Assembly (NCBI GenBank): GCA_034520565.1 | Contig: JAXHNL010000002.1 | Coordinates: 1,408,001-1,472,000, forward strand | Source of the DNA: Halodesulfurarchaeum sp. | GTDB lineage: Archaea > Halobacteriota > Halobacteria > Halobacteriales > Halobacteriaceae | Direction: 5' to 3' | Length of the DNA stretch: 64,000 nt | Shown here: positions 30,696 through 39,787 of the stretch, piece after piece | Layout: every line of letters begins with the position of its first letter | Position numbering within the stretch: the stretch's first letter is position 1 | Made by a program: the position numbers and the translations under genes | The notes under the pieces: model-generated | Seen by the model: the letters and a program-made list of their open reading frames with translations, nothing else | Database searches by the model: none | Told to the model about the DNA's origin: nothing

Positions 30696-32593
30696 CCGAG
30701 CGCAAGCAGTTCCGCGACCTCGCCGAGCCGGCCGAACTGCACGAAGCAATCGCCGAGCTTTCGCTCTCGGGTGGAACGGAAGCCGTCGATCTCCTCGAGG
30801 CGGACGGCCGCGTGGTCGCAGAACGGATCGAATCGACCATCGACGTTCCCGGCTTCGACCGCTCGACGATGGACGGGTACGCCGTGATAGCCCGAGACAC
30901 CTTCGACGCCTCGGAGGGGGATCCATACGAGGCTCGTCTCGGCGGGGTCGTCGAAGCCGGGCAAAAACCGGACGTCGAAGTCGAGCGTGACGCCGTCGTC
31001 AGCGTGGCAACTGGTGCGTCGCTTCCGCCGGGCGCAGACGCAGTGGTCCCGGTCGAGCGGACGAGCCGCCTCGAAGCGGACGATGAAACTCGGGTTTCTA
31101 TCCGGACGTCAGTAGCTCCTGGCGAGAACGTCATGCACGCAGGGGACGACGTGGCTGCCGGCGACCGGGCGGTCGGCCCGGGGACCGTCCTGACGACCCG
31201 CGATATCGGTCTTCTGGCCGCCCTGGGAATCGAATCCGTGCCCGTCTACGCCAATCCGACGGTGGGGATCGTCTCGACGGGGGACGAACTGGTCCGTCCG
31301 GGCGAGCCGCGCGACGACGAACGGGGGCAGATCTACGACCTCAATACGTTCGCACTCGCCGCGGCCGTGCGCGCGGCCGGAGGCGAGCCGGAGGTCGTGC
31401 CGCACATCGCGGACGACTACGATCGGATGTACGAAACCCTCGAATCTGTCGGGAAGCGGTGTGATCTCGTGCTCTCCTCGGGGTCGACGAGCGCGAGCGA
31501 CGCGGACGTCCTGTACCGAGTCGTCGAGGACCACGGTGAACTCGACCTGCACGGTGTGAGTGTCAAACCGGGGCGGCCGACCATCGTCGGCGAAATCGCC
31601 GACACGGCCTACATCGGGCTCCCGGGCAACCCTGTCTCCGCGCTCAGCGTGTTTCGAACCTTCGTCGCGCCTGCGATCCGAAAGGCAGCCGGTCGGCCCC
31701 CGGAGTCCGTCCCGACCCTCGACGGTCGGATGGCAGCCCCGAAACGTTACGCCGAGGGGCGGACCTACCTCCTCCCGGCGGCGGTCATCGAGGACGAGAC
31801 GGGCGAGGTCCTGGTTTATCCGGTCGATAAGGGAAGTGGCGCAATCACGAGTCTCACGGAGGCCGACGGCGTCATCGAGATGCGCCCGGAGACCGAACTT
31901 CTCGAGGTGGGACAACGGGTTACCGTCGACCTCTTTTCTGCAGACACGCGGCCACCAGCCGTCCTCGGTATCGGGGAATCGGATCCGCTCTTCGCGCGGC
32001 TTCTGGATCACGTGGACGGGCCGCGGTATCTCCCACACGGGAGCCGGGAGGGTCGGCGCCGGCTTCGGGACGGAATTCCCGACTTCGCCGTCCTCACCGA
32101 GGCGGATGCGGCAGCGGTCGAGGGGGAGCAACTAGCCACGTTCGCGAGGGAGTGGGGCCTTGTCGTTCCGAAAGGAAATCCGAACTCAGTCGACGGTCTC
32201 TCCGACCTCGAGACGGACGGAGCGTTCGTGAACGTCACAGAGGATATCGGCCTCCGTTCTGCTCTCGACGGTGCAGTCGCCGACGTCGCGAACTCGGCGG
32301 GACGGAGTCCGGATGCGTATAAAAACGGGATCGACGGCTACCGGCGAACCGTTAACGGCATCCAAAGTCCGGCCCAGCGGGTCGCCGACGGGGTGGCGGA
32401 CATCGGGGTCGGATTGCGTTTTGGAGCGGGAGTACTCGACGTGGATTTCGTCCCGATCGGCACCCAGCGGCTGGTCGTCCTCGCGGCCGAGGACCGCCTG
32501 GAGAAACCGGGGACGGCGGCCCTTGTGTCCACGCTCGAAAGCGAGCTTTCATCGCTGGCTGAGGGTCTGGACGGGTACGAGGTACCGCTGTAA
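30692..32593 (+). CDS. moeA: MoeA paralogue with C-terminal periplasmic-binding-protein-like domain
   Basis: MDGYAV, SSGSTS, KPGRP, LPGNP, C-terminal REWGLVVPKGNP. Confidence 0.9.
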   Translation: MTERKQFRDLAEPAELHEAIAELSLSGGTEAVDLLEADGRVVAERIESTIDVPGFDRSTMDGYAVIARDTFDASEGDPYEARLGGVVEAGQKPDVEVERDAVVSVATGASLPPGADAVVPVERTSRLEADDETRVSIRTSVAPGENVMHAGDDVAAGDRAVGPGTVLTTRDIGLLAALGIESVPVYANPTVGIVSTGDELVRPGEPRDDERGQIYDLNTFALAAAVRAAGGEPEVVPHIADDYDRMYETLESVGKRCDLVLSSGSTSASDADVLYRVVEDHGELDLHGVSVKPGRPTIVGEIADTAYIGLPGNPVSALSVFRTFVAPAIRKAAGRPPESVPTLDGRMAAPKRYAEGRTYLLPAAVIEDETGEVLVYPVDKGSGAITSLTEADGVIEMRPETELLEVGQRVTVDLFSADTRPPAVLGIGESDPLFARLLDHVDGPRYLPHGSREGRRRLRDGIPDFAVLTEADAAAVEGEQLATFAREWGLVVPKGNPNSVDGLSDLETDGAFVNVTEDIGLRSALDGAVADVANSAGRSPDAYKNGIDGYRRTVNGIQSPAQRVADGVADIGVGLRFGAGVLDVDFVPIGTQRLVVLAAEDRLEKPGTAALVSTLESELSSLAEGLDGYEVPL

Positions 32594-32686
32594 AACTCCC
32601 GATTAGGGCGGGCAATTCCTATAATGGCGACGATAATGCAACGGAGGGGTTAGGAGTGTCTATCGATTAGTAACGGGTGATTCGCT

Positions 32687-33838
32687 GTGAGTGAGGATTT
32701 GGACCCGTGGCGCTCGGTATTCGATCATCTCCTGACGGATTTCGACCCCGAGGTCGTTCCGTCGATAGCCTGGGGCCTGTTCGTCACCGGGCTGGGTTTC
32801 GTGTTCGCCTTCGGTCATGCCATCCATCTGCGCGAATCCCATCCCCTCGGGACAGTTCTCATCGGGGTGGTCATCCCGCTTCTCATTGCCGTGGGCATCA
32901 TGATCCCCTTCGGGCTGATCCTTGCACTTCCGAATGACTCCTTTCAGAAGAACCGCGTCGCGTTCATTCGCCAGCTCGGCCCCTGGATGGCCGGATGGAT
33001 GGCCGTCGGGATGGGGTGGATGGGAATCGCCGGCGTCGGATCGGTCCTCTATCAGGCGGGTGTGGGACTCTATACGGTTGATTCGGCCTATCTCGTCGCG
33101 ATCTTCGCGTCCTACGGGGTCATTCCGGGAACCATCACGGGCTATTACTACGGCCGGACCGTGCAATCGGCGACTGAAGTCGCCGAGCGGGAACGCCACC
33201 TGACGGTTTTCATGCGGGTGCTTCGCCACAACTTTCGCAACGAGATGAACGTGATCCTCGGCGAACTCGGCCTTGCCGAAGAGCTGTCGCCACAGGAGGC
33301 GGCCAAACACGTTCGAAAGGCCTCGAGACACGGGCAAAGTCTCATGGAAACCGTCGAAAAACAGCGCTACCTCGTTGGGATCGTGACCGATCCCGAACCG
33401 CCCCAGGTCCAACTGCTTTCGGGGATCGTGGAGACGGCCGTCGAGGAGATCAGGGAGCGCTATCCCGGCGCGGTCGTTTCGGCACCCGATCCGCCCCAGA
33501 TCTCAGTCAGCGCCCATCCACAGATCGATCGGGCTCTCGTCGAACTCCTCGAAAACGCGATCGTGCACAGTACGGCCGAGACCCCCCGGGCGGTCATCGA
33601 AATCGGCCGGGAAGCCGACCAGGTCGCCCTCTCGATCCACGATTCCGGGACTCGAATTCCAACCGAGGAGATCTCGATTCTCGCCGGCGACACCGATCCC
33701 GACCAACTCGAGCACGGGAGCGGACTCGGGCTCTGGATCGTCGATCGGCTGATCGACCAGTCCGGCGGGAGCTTCGAGGCCGGGACCGGCCCGGATGGCG
33801 GAAACGAGGTCGTCCTGTGGCTCCCGCTGGCTGACTAA
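32687..33838 (+). CDS. Membrane sensor histidine kinase (no adjacent response regulator)
   Basis: ~4 TM helices; H-box LRHNFRN, N-box LENAIVH, HDSG, HGSGLGL. Confidence 0.88.
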   Translation: MSEDLDPWRSVFDHLLTDFDPEVVPSIAWGLFVTGLGFVFAFGHAIHLRESHPLGTVLIGVVIPLLIAVGIMIPFGLILALPNDSFQKNRVAFIRQLGPWMAGWMAVGMGWMGIAGVGSVLYQAGVGLYTVDSAYLVAIFASYGVIPGTITGYYYGRTVQSATEVAERERHLTVFMRVLRHNFRNEMNVILGELGLAEELSPQEAAKHVRKASRHGQSLMETVEKQRYLVGIVTDPEPPQVQLLSGIVETAVEEIRERYPGAVVSAPDPPQISVSAHPQIDRALVELLENAIVHSTAETPRAVIEIGREADQVALSIHDSGTRIPTEEISILAGDTDPDQLEHGSGLGLWIVDRLIDQSGGSFEAGTGPDGGNEVVLWLPLAD

Positions 33839-33867
33839 ACCGGTTCTCCGAACGGACCGATCGGGTT

Positions 33868-34548
33868 TTACTCCTCGCCGCGGAACAGGTCGATGACCTC
33901 GTTGACCAGGTGACTGTCAACCGCGACCAGGTACCGCCGGCCACCGACGAGTTTCTCGTCGGCCTGGGCCGCCACGTGGCCGTTCGTTCGGGAGATCACC
34001 TGCACGCCGGCCGGGAAGTCAACGTCAGTGATTCGTTCTCCCTTGATCGGGGCGTCGTATCCGACCTGGATGTCGAGAATCTCGAGATCGCCAGTGACGT
34101 CCTCGAGCGTTCGGATATTGCTCCCGCTGAGGGCGTTCACCGCCGCTTTGATGCTCGCCCGTTCGGGGAAGTACACCTGGTCGACGTACTCCGCAAACTC
34201 GTCACCGTATTCGTCTTCGATTCGGGCGACCGTCCGGATGTCCTCGTTTATCTGTCTGGCGATCAGACAGACGGCCAGGTTGGTGTCCTCCCGATTCGTG
34301 AGTGCGCCAAGCGTGGTCGTCTCGGGGGTCATTCCCGATTCGAGGACGGTCGGGCGAGTTGCGTCACCGGTGATCACTTCGAAGTCCTCGTCGGATTCGA
34401 CGATTCCATCGGGGTCTTTTTCGATGACGGTGACGGATTGTCCGCGATCCGCGAACCGTTTTGCGACACGACGACCGACTCGTCCGCCACCGGCGATAAG
34501 GATATGGTCCGATTCGTCCATGTATGACGGTAGTTCGTGAACCCCCAT
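33868..34548 (-). CDS. TrkA-family RCK domain protein
   Basis: AGGGRVG, GDAT, DTNL; TrkA-C domain. Confidence 0.88.
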   Translation of the reverse strand: MGVHELPSYMDESDHILIAGGGRVGRRVAKRFADRGQSVTVIEKDPDGIVESDEDFEVITGDATRPTVLESGMTPETTTLGALTNREDTNLAVCLIARQINEDIRTVARIEDEYGDEFAEYVDQVYFPERASIKAAVNALSGSNIRTLEDVTGDLEILDIQVGYDAPIKGERITDVDFPAGVQVISRTNGHVAAQADEKLVGGRRYLVAVDSHLVNEVIDLFRGEE

Positions 34549-34641
34549 AAACGTTCATCGAATACGATGGCCTGGTCCCCGAACCTGCCGACGGTCGAAA
34601 TCGGCGGACCGTTTATCGTCACGCGGGCCGAAAAATCAGGC

Positions 34642-34929
34642 ATGCCGGAAACAGTCCTTTTCGAGTCCGAGAACCGCCAGACACGTGCCGAGATCGCGAC
34701 GTACCTTCGCCAGGTGGCCGAGAAACTCGACGCCGGCGAGTCGATTACCCTCCAGGCTGGATCCCAGTCCCGGACCCTCGAGCCCCCTGCCAGGCTCACT
34801 TTCGAGGTCAAGGCCGAGCGTGAAGGACCGGAGACGGGGCCTGGCGAATTGAGCGTCGAATTCGAACTCGAATGGGACGAGGCCGGCGAGGACGCGAGCG
34901 AGGGACAGTCGGGGCTCGAAATTCGATAA
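34642..34929 (+). CDS. Amphi-Trp domain protein
   Basis: RAEIATYLRQVAEKL...LSVEFELEW. Confidence 0.85.
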   Translation: MPETVLFESENRQTRAEIATYLRQVAEKLDAGESITLQAGSQSRTLEPPARLTFEVKAEREGPETGPGELSVEFELEWDEAGEDASEGQSGLEIR

Positions 34930-35157
34930 CCGGCGCCTTCGATCCCGTTTGTTGCAAAATCCCCGAATCCGTCCCGCCACGTTTCGTTCGGTCGTCGCCT
35001 GACCGTCGGGGGCATCGCCCTCTCGCTCGGTCAGGGGTTCCCGAGGCATGGAAGAGTTAAGACGAGGGGGCCGCAAACCGTCTGACAGCGAGAACCGTGA
35101 GTCGTCTACCCTCGAACGGAGAACCGACACGACAGCACGTCGCTACACGGAGGTTCC

Positions 35158-36570
35158 ATGTCCAAGCGTAACTGGGGTTCCGGGGAGGTGTTGAGCCGAA
35201 AGGTCGGCGCGAACATCGAGGAGTTGTTGCCACCGAACCTCGCGACGGCGGATAACGTTCACTTCACCGCTCACGGCCCGCTCCGCCGGGAGGTTCGTCC
35301 CGAACGGGCTGTCGGGGGAACGATAGACGTCATTGGTGTCGTCGGCGAGGACTCCCAGTTCAAAGTTGTCCTCGAACTGTCGATGCAGAAGCGGGCGGGG
35401 AGCGGTGCCGATCCCGAGGACCTCGAGGACTGGACGGTATGGACCACGTTTTTCCGTTCGAAAGGGACGGGGCCGGGGGATCTCGACCCGTTTCAGTACT
35501 ACGTCGAGTGGCACGAGACGATCGGTGAGTGGGCGGCCTCGGATTCTGTCGTCGTCGACCTGCACACGATCGGGGAGCAGTATCGATACGGGTGCTCGGA
35601 TGGGTTGGCGACGTTGCTCTTGACCGAGATCATGGCCAATCGGCGTGCCAGTGCCCAGACGTCCCGCGCGGACCGCATTTCCCATTCCGGCTCGCTGGCG
35701 ATGATGGGATCATTTAACACGGCCCTCGATAACGGGCGGATCTCCGGCCAGGGGTGGAAACTCGACTGGTCACAGGTCGCCGAACTGCTGGGCCCCGATA
35801 CCGAATCCGTCGCCGCCCGGATGGCCGTGGAAACCGCCGTCCCGGAACGACAGCGCCGGGCCGCGATGAAGGGTGTCGATTTCCTCGCCGACGAGACGAC
35901 GGATTCGGGCAGGAGTGGACTGGACCGGACGGTCGGTCAGCGATTGTCCTCCTTGCTCGAGGAAATCGCGGCGATGAACCTGCGCGAAGCACGTCCGGCG
36001 AGCGACCTCGCCACGGGCGACGTGAGCGTCACACAGCAGCGATTGGCCGGGATCGTCCGCGGCTATCCCGACGGGTTCCCCTCGGCCCTCGAAGACGGAA
36101 ACTTTGGGGTCGCCAGGAACATCGGAAAGTCGAGCGACGAGCCCTACGAGAAGATGGTCCTCATCTATGCCTTCCACGAGTTGTACGCGGCGATCGGTCA
36201 GCTTCAGGAGTCGGATCGGGCGGTCCGGGACATCGCGTCGGCGATCACCGCCTTCGGGACGGCGATCGACCGTGGAAACACGGACATGGCCCAGCTCTCG
36301 CTCAAAAGAGCCTCGGATGCCTTCATGACTGTCACCCGGGAGCTGGTCGATGGCGCCCAGTCGCGTCTCGAATCGCTCAAGGGTCTCCTGGCCTATCACG
36401 ATCTGGCCGAAGCCTTCGATTCGCAGGTCGCAAAGCGGGAGGACCTCACCGGCGCCGAACTCGAGTACTACCTCGAGGCAACCGAGTCGCTCGTGGAAAC
36501 TGCACGGCGGCAGCACGAGCGCACGGAGAAAGCACGGGAGGCGTACCACTTCTACACGAAGCAAGAATGA
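35158..36570 (+). CDS. Hypothetical protein (470 aa)
   Basis: Long ORF with host-like codon bias and ggagg upstream; no family recognised. Confidence 0.65.
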   Translation: MSKRNWGSGEVLSRKVGANIEELLPPNLATADNVHFTAHGPLRREVRPERAVGGTIDVIGVVGEDSQFKVVLELSMQKRAGSGADPEDLEDWTVWTTFFRSKGTGPGDLDPFQYYVEWHETIGEWAASDSVVVDLHTIGEQYRYGCSDGLATLLLTEIMANRRASAQTSRADRISHSGSLAMMGSFNTALDNGRISGQGWKLDWSQVAELLGPDTESVAARMAVETAVPERQRRAAMKGVDFLADETTDSGRSGLDRTVGQRLSSLLEEIAAMNLREARPASDLATGDVSVTQQRLAGIVRGYPDGFPSALEDGNFGVARNIGKSSDEPYEKMVLIYAFHELYAAIGQLQESDRAVRDIASAITAFGTAIDRGNTDMAQLSLKRASDAFMTVTRELVDGAQSRLESLKGLLAYHDLAEAFDSQVAKREDLTGAELEYYLEATESLVETARRQHERTEKAREAYHFYTKQE

Positions 36571-36672
36571 TGGGCGGGCTGGACGTCGGCGAAATCGCGG
36601 TACAGCTCTCTCCGTGTGCAGATTGGGAGTACACGGAGTACACGCCACTCACTACTGTGTAATATTGGCGAG

Positions 36673-36800
36673 GTGGGGCCGGAGGGATGTTGAACTACCT
36701 GAAGACGCTCGTTTCACTCGCGTCTTCCGTCGTTGGATCCGCAAATCCACCACAAAATGGCCTCTCGCTCGGCGCCGTACGCGCCTCGCGAGAGAAGGGA
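36673..36800 (-). repeat. tRNA-Trp-linked mini-element bounded by a duplicate of the tRNA 3' end
   Basis: gtggggccggagggat identical at 36673-36688 and 36801-36816; two GA-mismatch hairpins between. Confidence 0.75.
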
Positions 36801-36801
36801 G

Positions 36802-36974
36802 TGGGGCCGGAGGGATTTGAACCCCCGATCGACTGATATCCCCGGTGCGCCTCGGCACTCCAGAGGGTCGTCATCGCGCCCGAGAGCCAGTCGAACGCTC
36901 GGTATACCAGTCTGGAGTGTCGTCGTCGGCAAACCTCTGGAGTCAGTCGCCATTCCTGGCTTGGCCACAGCCCC
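36802..36974 (-). tRNA. tRNA-Trp(CCA) with 99-nt intron
   Basis: Acceptor GGGGCTG/CGGCCCC, anticodon arm ACTGA-CT-CCA-G|A-TCAGT, T-loop GTTCAAATC. Confidence 0.95.
36838..36936 (-). ncRNA. tRNA-Trp intron encoding a box C/D guide RNA
   Basis: Guides CTCTGGAGT and ACTGGTAT complementary to exon-junction regions, each followed by a CCGA D-type box; established for euryarchaeal tRNA-Trp. Confidence 0.8.
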
Positions 36975-37071
36975 GTACACCCGGATTGTCGGGTACGGCT
37001 AAAGGGCGTTACGGTTCACTACCCCGTGGCGACCTCGCGGGCTGCTGCTCACCCGTGGAGAAAAATTCCCC

Positions 37072-37935
37072 TCAGACCCAGGGCGCCCGGTCGTCCTCAC
37101 TCTCGCCCGGGTACCCGTACTGGTCCTTGCTCGGCTCGTCCCCGGTCGAGACGTCGCCATTTCCACCGTTGGCGACCGCGGCCTCCCCCGTCCTCGGCGT
37201 TCTCTCTGGCTCTGGAGTGGGGTCGATTGCGAGCAACGCGGCCATGGCGAAGACCGGGAGCGGCGCCGATTCGGGAACGATATCGATGAGCGAAAGCGCC
37301 AGCGTTCCCAGAGCGACCGCGCTGCCGAAACGGAACCGGTCGATGTCGACCATGTCCTCGATTCGGGGGCGGAGGAGGACCAGCAGCAACGCGAAACCAA
37401 CCCCGACGCCGCCGGCGGCCATGCCCCGGGCCACGAGTTCGAGGTCCGTCGTGAGCACGAAGGCGAAGGTGCTGGGATTCAAGCTGGCGATGGCACCGAG
37501 GCCGATGATGACGCTCGCGTTGGGGAGATACTCGCCGATAGTCGAACTCGCGGTCTTTGCGGCGATGGCCACGATCACGAGGGCGGCAAAGCGCTCGAAG
37601 ATGATGATGTCGATGAAGCTGGCGATCGTCGGCGCCAGTGCGGACTCGATCCCGGCGATGATGATCAGCGGGATTCCGATCATGAGCACCTCCTTCGTCT
37701 GCTGGATCGGGTCCCTGTCCATCTCGACGAGCACCACGGCGACCGTGGCGCTGCCGCCGAAGACCAGGAGGCCGACCTGGAGGATGCCTACCGTACTCGA
37801 GAGGGCGTCTGCGAGGACGAGTGCCGGGAAGATTCCGTCGATGAGGGGCAGGAGCATGACCGTCGCCAAGAGCTTCGTGGCGCCGCCGACCTGCTGCTCC
37901 AGGCGAAGTGCAATCGGATGTCGGGAGCTACTCAT
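37072..37935 (-). CDS. Conserved haloarchaeal membrane protein (DUF5794-like)
   Basis: MSSSRHPIALRLE...LPLIDGIFPAL; multiple TM; ends RAPWV. Confidence 0.75.
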   Translation of the reverse strand: MSSSRHPIALRLEQQVGGATKLLATVMLLPLIDGIFPALVLADALSSTVGILQVGLLVFGGSATVAVVLVEMDRDPIQQTKEVLMIGIPLIIIAGIESALAPTIASFIDIIIFERFAALVIVAIAAKTASSTIGEYLPNASVIIGLGAIASLNPSTFAFVLTTDLELVARGMAAGGVGVGFALLLVLLRPRIEDMVDIDRFRFGSAVALGTLALSLIDIVPESAPLPVFAMAALLAIDPTPEPERTPRTGEAAVANGGNGDVSTGDEPSKDQYGYPGESEDDRAPWV

Positions 37936-38230
37936 CGACTATGCGGGATGCCCGTAACCATGTAGGGCCTGGCGGTATCCGCGTTGGAGCCTCCGCTTTC
38001 GCTGGGGCCAGACCGATTTCCCCGCGTTCCCTGTTTTATTGCCGAAAAATGTGACCTCGCCGGTGGCGATGGGCTGGTCGCCGGCGATGCACTCGGCAGT
38101 GGGACTTGCGGGGTCCATACGCAATATTCGGTGACAGGGGAACATAAATATAGTGTGAGGGAAGGTTACAAGCCACGAGGGACGTACCCGGTCTCGGAAC
38201 CCTTTTGTCGCCCCGGTCGCTGCGTACTAC

Positions 38231-39730
38231 ATGGCGAAGGATTCTCCCCCGAGTGGGACGTTCACCGAGAAATTACAGGTTCCAGAGGCCTTGACGTTTG
38301 ACGACGTGTTGCTTCGACCGGCAGAGAGCCGGGTCGAGCCCGACGAGGCCGACGTGAGTACCCGTCTCTCGACGAACATCGAACTCCAGATTCCGATTCT
38401 CTCCGCTGCGATGGATACTGTCACGGAGGCCGAGACGGCTATCGGTATGGCTCGGGAAGGTGGTCTGGGCGTCCTCCATCGCAACATGGACGTCGAGCGG
38501 GCCGTCGAGGAGGTCGAACGGGTCAAGCGTGCAGACGAGACGATCATCCGGCGCGAGAACGTCGTCACGGCCGACCCCGACCAGACAGTGAGCGAGGTCG
38601 ACGAGATGATGAGTAAAAACGGCGTGAGCGGCGCGCCTGTCGTTGACGACGACGACACGGTTCTCGGCATCATTTCCGGCACCGACATCCGCCCGTATCT
38701 CGAAGTCGGCGATTACGACGCGGTCCGGGAGGCGATGACCGACGAAGTCATCACCGCCCACGAGGACGTGAGCCCGCGTGAGGCGCTCGAGTTGATGTAC
38801 GAGCACAAGATCGAACGGGTCCCCATCGTCGACGACGAGAACCACCTCGTCGGACTCGTGACGATGCAGGGGATTCTCGCTCGCCGCGAGCACCAGAACG
38901 CCGCCAGAGACAGTAAGGGGAGGCTCCTCGTTGGCGTCGCGGTCGGACCCTTCGAGGCGGACCGGGCAACGGCCGTCGACGAGGCCGGAGCGGATGCCAT
39001 TTTCATCGACACCGCCCACGCGCACAACCTGAACGTCGTGGACAGCGCACGCGAGATCAAAGAGACGGTCGAAGCCGACGTCATCGTCGGGAACATCGGA
39101 ACTTCCGAGGCCGCGAGGGACATCGTCGACTTCGCCGACGGTCTCAAGGTCGGGATCGGGCCAGGCAGTATCTGCACCACCCGCGTCGTCAGCGGAGCAG
39201 GGATGCCACAGGTGACGGCCGTCGCCGAAGTTGCGGACGTTGCAGCCGATCACGACGTGCCGGTGATCGCCGACGGCGGGATTCGGTACTCGGGCGACGC
39301 CGCGAAGGCCCTCGCAGCCGGAGCCGACGCCGTCATGCTGGGCTCGTACTTCGCCGGGACCGAGGAAGCTCCCGGTCGGGTCATCACGATCAAGGGCAAG
39401 AAGTACAAGCAGTACCGGGGATGGGTAGCGTCGGGGCGATGCAGTCCGGCGGCGGCGACCGACTACCTGAAGGAGGAACCGGAAGACGAGGAGTTCGTTC
39501 CGGAGGGCGTGGAGGCCGCGACGCCCTACAAGGGAACGCTGTCGAGTGAACTCCACCAGTTGGTGGGTGGCATTCAGTCGGGGATGGGCTATGCCGGTGC
39601 ACACAGCGTTGCGGAACTCAAATCGAAGGCCCGATTCGTCCGGGTTTCACAGGCGGGCCAGCAGGAGAGTCACCCACACGACGTGATGATTACCGACGAG
39701 GCCCCGAATTACAAACCCCAGCGGGACTGA
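38231..39730 (+). CDS. guaB: IMP dehydrogenase (compensating indels ~39417-39462)
   Basis: [19 protein letters not shown] pair, [15 protein letters not shown]. Confidence 0.96.
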   Translation: MAKDSPPSGTFTEKLQVPEALTFDDVLLRPAESRVEPDEADVSTRLSTNIELQIPILSAAMDTVTEAETAIGMAREGGLGVLHRNMDVERAVEEVERVKRADETIIRRENVVTADPDQTVSEVDEMMSKNGVSGAPVVDDDDTVLGIISGTDIRPYLEVGDYDAVREAMTDEVITAHEDVSPREALELMYEHKIERVPIVDDENHLVGLVTMQGILARREHQNAARDSKGRLLVGVAVGPFEADRATAVDEAGADAIFIDTAHAHNLNVVDSAREIKETVEADVIVGNIGTSEAARDIVDFADGLKVGIGPGSICTTRVVSGAGMPQVTAVAEVADVAADHDVPVIADGGIRYSGDAAKALAAGADAVMLGSYFAGTEEAPGRVITIKGKKYKQYRGWVASGRCSPAAATDYLKEEPEDEEFVPEGVEAATPYKGTLSSELHQLVGGIQSGMGYAGAHSVAELKSKARFVRVSQAGQQESHPHDVMITDEAPNYKPQRD

Positions 39731-39787
39731 GCCGTTTCGGTGATGGCCATTCGCGGTATTGGGGGGTAGCGAACGATTGGTCCGATT

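Noticed and set aside
34995-35040. Hairpin cctgaccg...cggtcagg as another member of the GA-mismatch family
   Set aside because: Only partial CGAG/GNA features; could be an ordinary intergenic hairpin
35158-36800. Provirus or large island integrated at tRNA-Trp
   Set aside because: The only tRNA 3'-end duplicate found is 128 bp away, no integrase or viral genes are adjacent, and the 470-aa ORF lies outside the repeats
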